DNA from: an uncultured Methanosarcinaceae archaeon
Lineage (GTDB): Archaea; Halobacteriota; Methanosarcinia; Methanosarcinales; Methanosarcinaceae
Assembly: GCA_963721455.1 (NCBI GenBank)
Contig: CAVRJG010000044.1
Location: forward strand, 93,965 to 157,964
Length of the DNA stretch: 64,000 nucleotides
Reading direction: 5' to 3'
Part shown: piece after piece, positions 1 to 10,594 of the stretch
Position numbering within the stretch: the stretch's first letter is position 1
How the letters are laid out: each line of letters opens with the position of its first letter
The notes under the pieces: model-generated
What the model was told of the DNA's origin: nothing
Seen by the model: the letters and a program-made list of their open reading frames with translations, nothing else
Databases searched by the model: none
Position numbers and translations under genes: made by a program

Positions 1-2
1 GG

Positions 3-239
3 GGAAGAGATCGGGACGAAGTCAGGACAAGGATTGAAGACGTAAATTCCATTTACAGTACTGGCAGTAAAAAAAAAGCTCTTGAGCTTATGGATAAATA
101 TAACGTAAGCTATGTTTATATAGGTCAGCTTGAAAGGCAGATGTATGATGTAAGGACGGATAAGTTCGAGGACGAAGCTTATTTTGAGCTGGTTTACCAG
201 GGCGCAGTCCAGATTTATAAAATAAAAAAAGAATTATGA
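3..239 (+). CDS. 3' end of a DUF2298 / YYY-type membrane protein (partial, runs off the window start)
   Basis: Manual translation GRDRDEVRTRIEDVNSIYSTGSKKKALELMDKYNVSYVYIGQLERQMY...KEL*; the KYNVSYVYIG-LE motif is typical of the C-terminus of this family. Confidence 0.6.
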   Translation, partial: GRDRDEVRTRIEDVNSIYSTGSKKKALELMDKYNVSYVYIGQLERQMYDVRTDKFEDEAYFELVYQGAVQIYKIKKEL

Positions 240-279
240 GTTTTGGTTTTGGGGGACTTCAAACTCTGATTCGTATAAA

Positions 280-2082
280 ATGCCGTTTATACAACTCGTA
301 AATTCGCTCCAGTACTGGAATGAAAATAAAGAGGTTTTATCCATTACCAGCGTTTCGGTGGTTTTACCAGCTTATAATGAAGCAGCGAATATCGAAAAAG
401 CTGTTTTCGTTACAGCGGAGACACTTTTTAAAATAACTGATTGCTTTGAGATCATCATAGCCGAAGATGGGAGCACGGACGGTACGGACCGGATAGCTTC
501 CAATCTCTCGAAACAGTACGCTTACGTTGTTCACCTTCATTCGGATAAACGCCAGGGACGGGGAAAAGCCCTGAACAGGGCTTTTAAGGCAGCTTCAGGA
601 GAAGTCCTCTGCTATATCGATGTGGATCTCGCAACAGATATGAAATATCTGGAAAAACTGGTCAGGGCTGTAAGCATGGATGGCTATGATTTTGCCACAG
701 GTTCGAGAATGATGCGTGAAAGCGATGCAAAAAGGCCTTTTAAGCGGGAGTTTGCAAGCAGGGGATATAATTTTCTGGTAAGGTTTTTTCTGCGCTCAAA
801 ACTTTATGACCACCAGTGTGGTTTTAAGGCTTTCAGGAGAGAAGCCCTCTTTGAGCTTCTAAACGAAATCAAGAATGATCACTGGTTCTGGGATACGGAA
901 CTGCTCGTAAGAGCCCAGCACAAAGGGTACAGGGTCATGGAATTTCCGGTCTACTGGAGGCATGGAGGGTCAAGCAAGGTCAATCTGGTAAAAGATGTTA
1001 AAGGAATGGGTTCCGAGATATTCCGGCTCTGGCGGGAACTTTCATTCCCGCTCGTTATTTCGGGAAAAGGAAAAGTTTTTCTAACAGCCGCCCTTGCAGT
1101 TCTGATCCTTGCATTTGCTGCAACTTTTCTGGGTGCATCCGATATTCTGGAAAATGTTAAGCATGCATCCTTCAGAACTCTGGCCCTCGCCTCTCTTGTA
1201 TACTGTATTTCCTGGCCAGTTCGGGGAGTTCGCTTCCAGCAGATTCTTAAAAGGCTCGGAAATCAATACGGGCTTGGATTTCTTACAGGCAGCATTTTTA
1301 TCAGCCAGTCTGCAAATGTAATTCTCCCAGCACGCATAGGAGACCTGAGCAGGATGTATATCCTGAAAAAGAGCAAAGACCTCGCCCTTACAACGAGCCT
1401 TTCCTCGCTGACTGTAGAAAGAGTCTTTGATATAGTTGCAATCACTTCCATAGCAATACTTGCATCTTCAGGCGCTGCGTCCCGTTTCGAACTCGCTCCG
1501 TGGATGGACTATCTGATAAAGCTGTCCGGGCTTGCAGTAGTCCTCTTTTTTGCAATTCTTTTTGTTGTGTCTTTCAGGGAGGGCCGCGCCAAAAAAACGC
1601 TCAAAAAGAAGAATTACCCAGATGGGCGCTTTGGAAAGATAAAGGGCTTTACATCCGTTTTTTTCCACCAGATGAGTATTGTTGCCGTACGTCCACGCGC
1701 ATTTCTGGCAGTGACCGCATCTTCCCTTCTTATATGGGGAATAGACATCTTCACCTGCTTCCTGGTTCTTAGATCTTTTCCGGCAGTTGGGGTGAGCCTC
1801 TCTTCTACATACATGATATCTCTGATTTTCCTGGCTGTAGCTCTCGGAAATATTGCAAAAATCTTTCCTATAACGCCTGGAGCTATCGGGACATATGAAG
1901 TTGCCCTTACTGCAGTCTTCGGGCTTGGGGGAATCAAACCTGAGATTGGGTTTACGGTTGCCGTGCTTGATCATATTATAAAGAACTCAATTACCCTGAT
2001 CGGAGGTGGTTTTGCTCTCTCGGAACTCGGACTGAGATGGAAAGAAGTGCTTTGTACGGATAAGGATATTTTAAAAGGGTGA
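280..2082 (+). CDS. GT2 glycosyltransferase (dolichol-phosphate hexosyltransferase-like) fused to a lysylphosphatidylglycerol-synthase/flippase-like TM domain (AglD-like)
   Basis: VVLPAYNE, EDGSTDGT, DVD and DHQCGFKAF GT2 motifs; C-terminal multi-TM region with PARIGDLSR and PITPGAIGTYE. True start may be near 343. Confidence 0.85.
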   Translation: MPFIQLVNSLQYWNENKEVLSITSVSVVLPAYNEAANIEKAVFVTAETLFKITDCFEIIIAEDGSTDGTDRIASNLSKQYAYVVHLHSDKRQGRGKALNRAFKAASGEVLCYIDVDLATDMKYLEKLVRAVSMDGYDFATGSRMMRESDAKRPFKREFASRGYNFLVRFFLRSKLYDHQCGFKAFRREALFELLNEIKNDHWFWDTELLVRAQHKGYRVMEFPVYWRHGGSSKVNLVKDVKGMGSEIFRLWRELSFPLVISGKGKVFLTAALAVLILAFAATFLGASDILENVKHASFRTLALASLVYCISWPVRGVRFQQILKRLGNQYGLGFLTGSIFISQSANVILPARIGDLSRMYILKKSKDLALTTSLSSLTVERVFDIVAITSIAILASSGAASRFELAPWMDYLIKLSGLAVVLFFAILFVVSFREGRAKKTLKKKNYPDGRFGKIKGFTSVFFHQMSIVAVRPRAFLAVTASSLLIWGIDIFTCFLVLRSFPAVGVSLSSTYMISLIFLAVALGNIAKIFPITPGAIGTYEVALTAVFGLGGIKPEIGFTVAVLDHIIKNSITLIGGGFALSELGLRWKEVLCTDKDILKG

Positions 2083-2285
2083 GGCAAACTTAACCGGGAA
2101 AATACGTAAAAAGCAGACCTTTAAAGCCTTTCATCACTGGAAGAGATTGGGATAACAAAACGAAGTAGGAAAACCCTCGGGACTGACTGAAAAACAAAAG
2201 CAACTTAAAATCGAAGAGGTAACTGGAAGCTTTAACACAAAGAATTAAAGTAATAACCACATGCTTTATTCGAACTGATGGTCAA

Positions 2286-2651
2286 GTGGAAGAAATGTCT
2301 GAGAAAAAAATAATAGAAGTGAAGGACGCATATTGTCTTCCGGAAGATGTGCTTGAGACCGTGCATACGGCAATGAATGAAGATGTGGGAGAAATCGTTA
2401 GCCTGTTTAAGGTGCTTGCAGATCCGACCCGTCTCAGGATTCTCAAAGCTCTTGAGGTCCAGAGCCTATGTGTATGTGTCCTTGTAGAGTGCACGGACCA
2501 GAAGCATTCGGCCCTTTCCTATCACCTTAAACTTCTAAAGGAGGGAGGTCTCGTGGACTCACGAAGAGAACGCAGTTTTCAGATATATGACCTCACTGAA
2601 TTCGGGAGCCTGCTCCTGAAGCATATTGAAAAACACTTTGAAAAGGCATAA
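2286..2651 (+). CDS. ArsR/SmtB family transcriptional regulator
   Basis: FKVLADPTRLRIL...LCVC...SALSYHLKLLKEGGLV winged HTH. Start may be ATG 2295. Confidence 0.9.
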   Translation: MEEMSEKKIIEVKDAYCLPEDVLETVHTAMNEDVGEIVSLFKVLADPTRLRILKALEVQSLCVCVLVECTDQKHSALSYHLKLLKEGGLVDSRRERSFQIYDLTEFGSLLLKHIEKHFEKA

Positions 2652-2741
2652 ATTGGAGAAATAGAGAGGAATTTCTCCCTCTTTTTCGTCATTATCTCCC
2701 TCAATGCTCCGAATGTTAATTCCTACCCTCCAGGGGAAGGA

Positions 2742-3164
2742 TCAGATCTTTTCGTTTGATGCTACAGTTGTGAGCTTAGAGAATTTTACCCCTTTGAGGG
2801 ACATTATAGCTTCGGCAAGCTTTTTAATCTCTTCGCCTTCTCCATCCAGGACAATTACTTCAAAACAGTTGTCATGATCGAGGTGGATATGCACTGAGGA
2901 TTTTATCAGGTGAGAGTAGTGATGCTGGATATCTGCAAGGGCATTTGAAAGCCCTCTTTTCGTGTGGTCGTAAATAACCGCAACAGTTCCTACACGGTAG
3001 CCTTTAATGTCACCCATCCATTCATAATAGGAAATATAACTCCTGATGGCATCCCTTATGCCTTCCGAACGGGAAGAATAACCTCTTTTTTCGATAATCT
3101 CATCAAATTTACCCAGCAGGGTATCGGGAAGGGAAACCCCTATCCTCATAAGTTCTGTTTCCAT
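2742..3164 (-). CDS. nikR: Nickel-responsive regulator NikR
   Basis: RIGVSLP...[11 protein letters not shown] ribbon-helix-helix; HIHLDHDNC nickel-site motif. Confidence 0.93.
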   Translation of the reverse strand: METELMRIGVSLPDTLLGKFDEIIEKRGYSSRSEGIRDAIRSYISYYEWMGDIKGYRVGTVAVIYDHTKRGLSNALADIQHHYSHLIKSSVHIHLDHDNCFEVIVLDGEGEEIKKLAEAIMSLKGVKFSKLTTVASNEKI

Positions 3165-3470
3165 CGTATCACCAGGTAATCTTGGATTTATCTGCAAAAT
3201 AATACTTTAGCTTATTGTAAGTAGCACTATATATGTTTTTTTCACATAGTCACTAATATAAAAGAGTTGATTAAAAGATAATGTATTCTTCAGTAATATT
3301 AATGTTTGGGAATAATGAATATACCTCACCGAAAAAATAAATGGGCTTACCTGCTGAAGATAAAAACATAAAAATATGGCAAAAGATTAAAAAGAAGCTG
3401 GTTAAGGCTTCTTTTTTAAAGAGATTTCCCAAAAAACGTATTGAACATAATTTCCCAGCAGTTTCTGCCT

Positions 3471-4829
3471 TTATCGCCTGTCCACAAGCCTTTTAGGCCT
3501 GCCCCTGACCCTGTTCAACTCGAGCCCCGTAGGGCCTGTGAAATTGAACACGATTTTAAAGGTGCCCTCGCCGTAAGCTCTAAAAAGGGGAGGCTTATAC
3601 CTGAAGAAGGCACGAATAAAGTTTTCTTTTATAAGATCTCTGTCACACGTGTCAGGATTTTCGCACTCCATGCTGACCCTCAGTACAGTTTCTCCCTCGT
3701 CCTCTTCACCATAAAGGAAAGCCTCATACTCTCCGGTCAGGTATTTCATGTTTTCACGCTGGAAGACGCCCCTTTCCACGTCTACGCGGTTAAAAGGAGT
3801 GCCTTCAACCCACACGGTTTCTGCCTCTCGCTGCGGGGTCATAACTTTCATATGAGTCCTTCCGCAGGGGCATTGTTTGCGTGTAAGCACTACAGTCGTG
3901 TCTTCGGTATCATAATTTAAAAGAAGGTTCCCTGCTTTTGCCCCAACCGGCAGGAGTGTGCTCAGAATGGCTCTTCCGCACTCTCCGTCAGGCACGAAAT
4001 TTTCTATATGGGGATCATAAACATCAAGGTGGACAAAGTCTTCTGGCACATGCAGCCCGGAAATCTCATCGCACTCCCCGCACATCGTTCCTTCCGTGCT
4101 CCCATAGGTATTGTACACAGGACAGCCCCAGATTTCAGAAAGGTAGTTTCTTGACTCGTCAGCAAAGGCTTCTCCTCCCACTACCAGTTTATTTACGCCT
4201 GACTCCTGAGGATTGATGCCCTCTGCCTGCACCCGTCTGGCAAGGTTAAGGAGCTTGAATACGCTGCCTACTATGCCTGTAGGCTTATAGGCTTCGATAA
4301 CACGCAGGGGAAAAGTGCATTTGCCCTCAGGAATGATGCTCATGCCAAGCTGTCTGGCTGCAAGGGTCATGGTATTTGCCCCCACATTCATCCCATAAGA
4401 AGCACAGACAACAACCCTGTCCCCTGGACCGAAGCCCTGTGACCTGAAAATGCGGGCGTATTTTTCCGCATAGCGTTCCCAGTCTTCCCATGTAAGGAAA
4501 AAGCTCTTCGGAGTTCCGCTGGTCCCGCTGGTCTCATGGATGGTGAAAACATCCTCCCAGCCTACACTCCGGAACATGAAATCCCCTGTCTCAGGGGGCT
4601 GGTTTTCCCGAATAGTCCTTCCCGAGATCACAGGAAGGTCCAGAAGATCCTCATGAGTTTTAATCTCAGTCGGGTCTACACCGTGATTCTCAAACCATTT
4701 TCTGTAAAAAGGAGAATTTTCTGCCGCATATTTTACCGTATACCGCACCCGCTCCTCGATGAGAGCGTCAAGTTCTCCCCTGTCCATGGTTTCGATTTCA
4801 GGATTGAAATAAGGTCTTGAGCTGTCCAA
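3471..4829 (-). CDS. ftsA: Coenzyme F390 synthetase (phenylacetate-CoA ligase family)
   Basis: ETSGTSGTPK adenylation P-loop, YGSTEG, CPCGRTH, GRPKRLVDRR end. Start at TTG 4829 inferred from upstream GGTGGT. Confidence 0.8.
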   Translation of the reverse strand: MDSSRPYFNPEIETMDRGELDALIEERVRYTVKYAAENSPFYRKWFENHGVDPTEIKTHEDLLDLPVISGRTIRENQPPETGDFMFRSVGWEDVFTIHETSGTSGTPKSFFLTWEDWERYAEKYARIFRSQGFGPGDRVVVCASYGMNVGANTMTLAARQLGMSIIPEGKCTFPLRVIEAYKPTGIVGSVFKLLNLARRVQAEGINPQESGVNKLVVGGEAFADESRNYLSEIWGCPVYNTYGSTEGTMCGECDEISGLHVPEDFVHLDVYDPHIENFVPDGECGRAILSTLLPVGAKAGNLLLNYDTEDTTVVLTRKQCPCGRTHMKVMTPQREAETVWVEGTPFNRVDVERGVFQRENMKYLTGEYEAFLYGEEDEGETVLRVSMECENPDTCDRDLIKENFIRAFFRYKPPLFRAYGEGTFKIVFNFTGPTGLELNRVRGRPKRLVDRR

Positions 4830-5013
4830 ATAAACCACCGTAACTGAAATAATTAGACATAGGAAAAGCCTGTTATTTATTGGCTTTAAACATGAAAGGT
4901 TTATTGAAGTCCCTGTTTTTAAGGAAAAAATCAATATTTCTGACCTGATAAAGGGACTTGGGAGGATGGAGACATCTGTACGCAAAAAGCCGAAAGCCCC
5001 ATATAGGGCAGGT

Positions 5014-5343
5014 TTAAACTCTGCACTCACATCCTTTCTCTTTCAGTATCCGAACCTGTTCTTCATAAGAACCCACAAACTCGTCCTGGATGGCTTTTCC
5101 TGTCGCAAAGGCAGGGTCGAGAGGAGTGAGGTGTTTGTAACCTCTTTTTGTCATTTCCTCGGCCAGGGCTTCATGCCTCAGGTAGAGAGCTTTGAGCTTT
5201 CCCCTCCAGCGCATGGTTTCGGGGTGATGGGCGTAGCCCTTTTTATTATTGGTAATAATTGACCATAAAGCATGCAGCTCACGGTGTTCTCCCAGGAGGT
5301 GCTGCCTGCATAACTTCTCAGGAGGTATGTCCCAGATTCTCAT
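5014..5343 (-). CDS. Pyrimidine dimer DNA glycosylase / T4 endonuclease V-like protein
   Basis: MRIWDIPPEKLCRQHLLGEHRELH and HHPETMRW motifs. Confidence 0.8.
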   Translation of the reverse strand: MRIWDIPPEKLCRQHLLGEHRELHALWSIITNNKKGYAHHPETMRWRGKLKALYLRHEALAEEMTKRGYKHLTPLDPAFATGKAIQDEFVGSYEEQVRILKEKGCECRV

Positions 5344-5479
5344 AAGATAAATTCCGAGAACATTTAAGAAAGGTTTTCGGAAGGAGAAGAGTTCACTTAA
5401 TCCGGAAATTAAGTTTCAGATTTTGTGTCTGATTCTTTGTTCTTATACATATTTACATACTACCGGGAAAATGTAGATC

Positions 5480-6505
5480 ATGAGACGGTGGGTATTCCGA
5501 CGTTCTGGCATTTTTCTGCTTCTGCTGACTGCTATATACCTTTTACTCACTCCTGCACTTGCCCATGTGCCGATTTTCGGAGGGGAAGGCAAAAGCCCTG
5601 AGACGACAATTCCCATTGAAGACCCTGCAAAATCCAGGGTCCTTTATGGGCAGCTTGCTGCAGGAGATATCCGATACTACAGTTTTGAGATGAAGCAGGG
5701 GGAAAGGATTGTACTCGGGCTCATTGTTCCTGTTGAACAGGGAAGACAAGGTTTTACTCCGGACCTGATTCTTATGGGGCCGGACCTTACAAATGAGGGA
5801 AAAGTACCCGATGCATTGGAAGTACCCGAAGGATATGGAGTAAAAGTTTTTCCCGGCGACCTGCCTGAGAGCCCGGTATATGAAGCATTTTCCCCCAGTG
5901 CATTTTATTCTCTTGCCACGGCTGATCTAGAAGCTCCTGAAAGCGGGACATATTACGCTGTAGCTAGTTCTACACAGCGAGAAGGGAATTACGGGATAGT
6001 TATAGGGTATAAAGAAATTTTTACCTTGAAGGAATGGATATACGTGCCCTTCAACCAGATAAAGATCTACCGCTGGGAGGGGCAGAGCCTGCTGTTGATC
6101 TTTACTCCGCCAGGAATAATGCTTGCAATCGGTCTTCTGGCACTTTTCTTCAAAATGGATGTGGCAGCCGATTTTAATCCTGCGCGCATCTCCGGATTTC
6201 TTGCAGGCCTCTTCTTTCTGGGTACAGGATTATCATTCATTTTTCAGATGCTGATTTCGCTGAGTAAGAGTTCATATTCTCCCGAAATTTTTATTACTAT
6301 TTTTTTGAGTTTAGCCAGTCTAGGGCTTGGAGTCATTGCCTTGATTTTAAGCCTGAAAGACGAGAAGTATGGTTCAGGATCGGCAAGAAAACGCCTTTAC
6401 TTCTTTTTCCTGGGGGTAGCCGGGATTCTGTTCTGGGCAGGATGGTTTGTAGGGCCGTTTCTGGCATTTGAAGCTGCAGCGCTGCCCTGGAAACGTAAAA
6501 GATGA
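5480..6505 (+). CDS. Conserved hypothetical membrane protein (signal peptide, extracellular domain, ~4 C-terminal TMs)
   Basis: Signal peptide ending PALA-HVP; hydrophobic C-terminus. Confidence 0.75.
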   Translation: MRRWVFRRSGIFLLLLTAIYLLLTPALAHVPIFGGEGKSPETTIPIEDPAKSRVLYGQLAAGDIRYYSFEMKQGERIVLGLIVPVEQGRQGFTPDLILMGPDLTNEGKVPDALEVPEGYGVKVFPGDLPESPVYEAFSPSAFYSLATADLEAPESGTYYAVASSTQREGNYGIVIGYKEIFTLKEWIYVPFNQIKIYRWEGQSLLLIFTPPGIMLAIGLLALFFKMDVAADFNPARISGFLAGLFFLGTGLSFIFQMLISLSKSSYSPEIFITIFLSLASLGLGVIALILSLKDEKYGSGSARKRLYFFFLGVAGILFWAGWFVGPFLAFEAAALPWKRKR

Positions 6506-6749
6506 GTTTTAAAACAAAAGATATGTATGCAACGTCAAAGGAAGCAATTTTATAGTTCCCTTTTTCAAGATTTCTCACAATAGTTGAAGGACTTCCTGTT
6601 GTTTTGTAGTTTTCCTGTTCCGGAAACGAGAGGTATTTTGCATTCATCCTGATCGTCAATGACGTGATCAAGGTCAACATATTAAATCGCTTTAAAGCGG
6701 AAAATCATAACCATAACCTATATATAATACATCGCATATGTGTAATTTG

Positions 6750-7229
6750 ATGGTCAATAGAGTTAAGCGCAGGGTATCGTGCCTCCCGAAGGCCACTTAT
6801 TACAAACCCAGGGAAGTCCCGCTCTGCGATCTCGAAATAATCAACTTGTCCATAGAAGAACTTGAGACTATCCGCCTTTGCGACCTCCTCCATGTCGAAC
6901 AGAATGAAGCCGCTGACATGATGGGGATTTCCCGGAAAACCTTCTGGAACGACTTGCAAAAGGCCCGACAGAAAGTGGTTGATGCCCTCGTTAACGGCAA
7001 AGCGATCGAGATCTCCGGAGGAGAGTACGTAAATAGCGGCGAGTGCAAGGTCGAATTCCTCTGCAAAGCATGCGAGCATGAATGGGAGTTACAGTGCAAT
7101 ACAGGACGCCCCACAAGCTGTCCGAAGTGCGGTTCCGAAGGCATTTACCGCATCGGCGGCGACGGTAGAGGAAAGAGGTTTATTGAGAACGATTATTGCT
7201 GCCCCAAAAACAGGGAAAAGCAACGGTAA
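6750..7229 (+). CDS. DUF134 HTH protein with C-terminal Zn ribbon
   Basis: EELETIRLCD...AADMMGISRKTFWNDLQKARQKV; CKAC...CPKC. Confidence 0.85.
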   Translation: MVNRVKRRVSCLPKATYYKPREVPLCDLEIINLSIEELETIRLCDLLHVEQNEAADMMGISRKTFWNDLQKARQKVVDALVNGKAIEISGGEYVNSGECKVEFLCKACEHEWELQCNTGRPTSCPKCGSEGIYRIGGDGRGKRFIENDYCCPKNREKQR

Positions 7230-7253
7230 ATAATAAAGCAGGAAGTGTAAAAA

Positions 7254-7631
7254 ATGACAAAAATAGCCATACCATCAATGAGTGACAGTGGACTGGAATC
7301 TGACGTATGTGCTCACTTTGGCTCATGCGAGTATTTTACCATTGTAGATGTACAGGATAAAGAAGCTATTACAGGCATTGAGGCGGTAAGCAACGTGTCT
7401 CCTGACGGCGAGCACAACTGTGCTGCCCCGGCGATCGTCCTGAAATCGCACAATGTCGATACCGTACTTGTCTCGGGCATCGGCGGAAGGCCGCTAATGT
7501 CGCTGACGGAAAAGAAGATCAAGGTATTTGCAGGGGCGATGGGCAAAGTTTCCGATGCTGTCCAGGACTATAACAATGGGCTTCTGCAGGAGTTATCTAC
7601 AAATGGCACCTGCAACTGCTCGCATCACTAA
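7254..7631 (+). CDS. NifB/NifX family Fe-Mo cluster-binding protein
   Basis: HFGSCEYFTIVDV and SGIGGRP motifs; Cys/His-rich tail. Confidence 0.85.
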   Translation: MTKIAIPSMSDSGLESDVCAHFGSCEYFTIVDVQDKEAITGIEAVSNVSPDGEHNCAAPAIVLKSHNVDTVLVSGIGGRPLMSLTEKKIKVFAGAMGKVSDAVQDYNNGLLQELSTNGTCNCSHH

Positions 7632-7809
7632 AGGGATATAATGAACGATACCTGACCGGAACCATATGATTCCTGCAAGAGCAAAGCACTAATGAATCAA
7701 TATCAAAATCTGTGTTTTATCACTATTGGATATTGAAGTGATCGTTTTGTGTCTAAGTGCGGAATGTAGGATTCAAATGTTGAAAAAATTAAAAGTCGGA
7801 GTTGAAAAT

Positions 7810-8499
7810 ATGGATGTAAAAGAAATAAACAGATACGGACAGGAACTGGTAGAATGCCTGAAACTCAAGACATCTCCTGTTGCAGTAAAATTGATTCCGA
7901 AAGGAGGAGAAGTCCCGAAGGGAATAGAAAAAGTAGACGAGGCTATGAGGCACTGCCAGCTGGTTGACAGAGTGAGAAGAACTGGCGAGGAATTCTATAC
8001 CCTGGGCGAAGACCAGATGTGTAAAGGTGGAGCTGGTGCAATGGGCCTTGGTGAAATGCCTGCGAAAGTAGTCACCGGGGAATTCTATTATAAAGGACTC
8101 AAACAGTTCAGCACGCAGGGTGCCGCACGGCGTACCATTGATATGGTTCCTAAGCTTCCCCCGAACTCAACAGAAGCTGTCCTGTATGCCCCTCTGGAAA
8201 AAACATCATTTACTCCGGATGTCGTTGTGGTTATCTGCAACCCCAGGCAAATTATGCTGCTTACACAGGCTTTCATGTACAAGACCGGAGGCAGGCTTGA
8301 AGCCAGTTTCGCAGGAAAGCAGAGCTTATGCTCTGACGGTGTTGTAAAGGCATATAAGGAAGGAAAAATCGGAGTTACAGTCGGTTGCAGCGGCAGCAGG
8401 AATTACACCAAGATTGCAGATGAAGAAATGATAATGGGAATTCCTATTGAACTTCTGGCTGATGTAGCCGCCGGCCTTAAGGAAATCTGCCCGAAATAA
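7810..8499 (+). CDS. DUF169 family protein
   Basis: LKLKTSPVAVK, RHCQ, CKGGAGAMG, SLCSD, GCSGSR. Confidence 0.8.
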   Translation: MDVKEINRYGQELVECLKLKTSPVAVKLIPKGGEVPKGIEKVDEAMRHCQLVDRVRRTGEEFYTLGEDQMCKGGAGAMGLGEMPAKVVTGEFYYKGLKQFSTQGAARRTIDMVPKLPPNSTEAVLYAPLEKTSFTPDVVVVICNPRQIMLLTQAFMYKTGGRLEASFAGKQSLCSDGVVKAYKEGKIGVTVGCSGSRNYTKIADEEMIMGIPIELLADVAAGLKEICPK

Positions 8500-8802
8500 A
8501 CATAAAATCTGCATTTTTACTTCACAAGTAAAATCCTTCATGTTTAAGCCCTTTTACAAGGTTTCCAAAATAAGAAATTCGGCTTTGTAGAAGACCTATC
8601 AAAATCAGCTGCCAGAGGCAGAAAATGAATAAGAAAAAATATATCAGGTCATTCAGTTCAAATTAACGGAGATTCTTTATTTCAGAGGATTTCTACCGAC
8701 CCATATTAAATAAAATTTAAATGATAGGATTAAGTTATATAATTTTTAAATAATTATTAAGTAACCGCACTAATGCAGCATGGAGTTATCAGGGGAAAAA
8801 AT

Positions 8803-9294
8803 ATGGTAAAAACTTCACTGAAAGTAGGACAATCTGCTCCTGATTTTTGCCTGTTGGACCAGGATGGGAACCGGACATGCCTTGAAGACCTCAGAGGAAA
8901 ATGGGTTGTCCTGTACTTTTATCCGAGAGATAACACGCCGGGGTGCAGCCTGGAGGCAAAGAATTTCAGTTGTTTGAGAAAGGATTTTGAAGCCGAAAAC
9001 GCAGTAGTTATCGGGGTTAGCAGGGATAGTGTCGAATCACACAGGCAATTTATCGAGAAGAAAGAACTTAAAATAAAGCTGCTCTCAGACGAGCAGGCAA
9101 ATATCCACAGAACATATGATGTCCTGCACCCAAAACACTTTCGGGGCAAAGAAGTTACAAGCGCTGTCAGGACAACTTTTCTTATAAATCCAGACGGAGA
9201 AATCGCCAGATTGTGGGATAATGTGAAAGCCACAGGGCATGCCGAAAAAGTGCTCACTGAACTGAGAGCATTAAAAGAGAAAGGGCAATTATAA
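8803..9294 (+). CDS. bcp: Peroxiredoxin Bcp/PrxQ
   Basis: YFYPRDNTPGCSLEA active-site motif. Confidence 0.9.
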   Translation: MVKTSLKVGQSAPDFCLLDQDGNRTCLEDLRGKWVVLYFYPRDNTPGCSLEAKNFSCLRKDFEAENAVVIGVSRDSVESHRQFIEKKELKIKLLSDEQANIHRTYDVLHPKHFRGKEVTSAVRTTFLINPDGEIARLWDNVKATGHAEKVLTELRALKEKGQL

Positions 9295-9458
9295 GAGAAA
9301 AAGAGATACAAAAAATCAAATTAAGAGGATACTTTTGTATTCCATCATTTTGAATTCAGCCTGCTGTAAAGAAATTTGAAACCTGACCGAGAATAGCGTC
9401 TTTCAAGGTTTATACCCGAAAGCAGCTTTTAAGAATTTATCTTTAACTCTTTTCTATT

Positions 9459-9657
9459 TTATTTCTTGGTGGCAAAGTAGATCGTATAAACTGCCGCAAG
9501 CCCCACAAGGGAGTACACTATTCTGGAAAGCATACTCATAGCCCCAAAAATGGCTGCCACAAGATCAAAACCAAAGAGGCCAACAAAGCCCCCAGTTCAG
9601 GCCGCCTACTATAACAAGCACAAGTGCAAGCCAGTCAATCGAACTTTTGTCTGCCAT
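9459..9657 (-). pseudogene. DUF378 small membrane protein with a +1 frameshift
   Basis: SD GGAGGTGA upstream; MADKSSIDWLALVLVIVGGLNWGL|VGLFGFDLVAAIFGAMSMLSRIVYSLVGLAAVYTIYFATKK*; one extra T near 9586; span 199 nt = 66 codons + 1. Confidence 0.85.
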
Positions 9658-9851
9658 AGCTATCACCTCCGTTACATTTGGCTGAGTAATATAGAGAGAA
9701 ATATATAATAAATGCGATATTTAATTTGATTTTTTCCTTATTTTATAGATGACTGAAACAGATTTAAGAAGCCCGGAAAAGAAAGGGATTGGAAAAAGCA
9801 GAAAAATAAATTTTTCACCCGCGTGTTGCGGCTCATCCGGTAAGCAAATGT

Positions 9852-10592
9852 TTAAAAATCAAAGACCTGCCCGTCATATCCCAGGGGTAAAAATATTGAT
9901 TCGATATGATGGGGACGGAAGAGATGACTGAGATGGGTTAAAACGACTTCTTTTGCATTGAGATTTTCTGCAAGTGCCATAGCCTCTTCTGAATTCATGT
10001 GCTTTTTGATATGGATATGAGGAGGGACTATAGCATCGGCAATAAGGAGGTCTGGGTTCTTCATAAGCTCCAGGCTGGCTTCGGGAATCTTCGAGTTTGT
10101 ATCTCCGGTAACTACCACTTTTGTACCGCCTTCGCAGATTATAACCCCTGTCGGAACCTTCACGGGAGGATGATTGACCTTAAACAGGGTAAACTGCAGC
10201 CCGATTAGCTCGAATGGCTCATAGAGCTTTACATAATGATACCTCGGTTTAAGGAAGGAGACATACTGGTTTATATATTCAAGAGTTTCGGGAATTCCGT
10301 AGACGTCAACAGTATTTTGAACCCGGTAGAACTCCCCGAATCCGGCGTAATGGTCGTAGTGCCCATGGGTCCAGATCACTCCATCTATACAGGAAAGGTT
10401 TTTCTTGAGGAATTGCTGTCTGAGGTCAGGGCTGGTGTCGATAAGGATTTTACCCTTATCGGACTCTACAAGGATAGAAGAACGAAGGCGCTGACTCTTT
10501 CCACCGTTTCGGGCATCCTCGCAGGCCGAGCAGTTGCATCCAATTTTAGGAGTTCCGACAGCATCGCCGGTCCCAAGCAGTGTTAGCCTCAT
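9852..10592 (-). CDS. MBL-fold metallo-hydrolase (PhnP-like)
   Basis: LGTG...GCNCSAC, THGHYDH, THLSH. Confidence 0.9.
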   Translation of the reverse strand: MRLTLLGTGDAVGTPKIGCNCSACEDARNGGKSQRLRSSILVESDKGKILIDTSPDLRQQFLKKNLSCIDGVIWTHGHYDHYAGFGEFYRVQNTVDVYGIPETLEYINQYVSFLKPRYHYVKLYEPFELIGLQFTLFKVNHPPVKVPTGVIICEGGTKVVVTGDTNSKIPEASLELMKNPDLLIADAIVPPHIHIKKHMNSEEAMALAENLNAKEVVLTHLSHLFRPHHIESIFLPLGYDGQVFDF

Positions 10593-10594
10593 GT

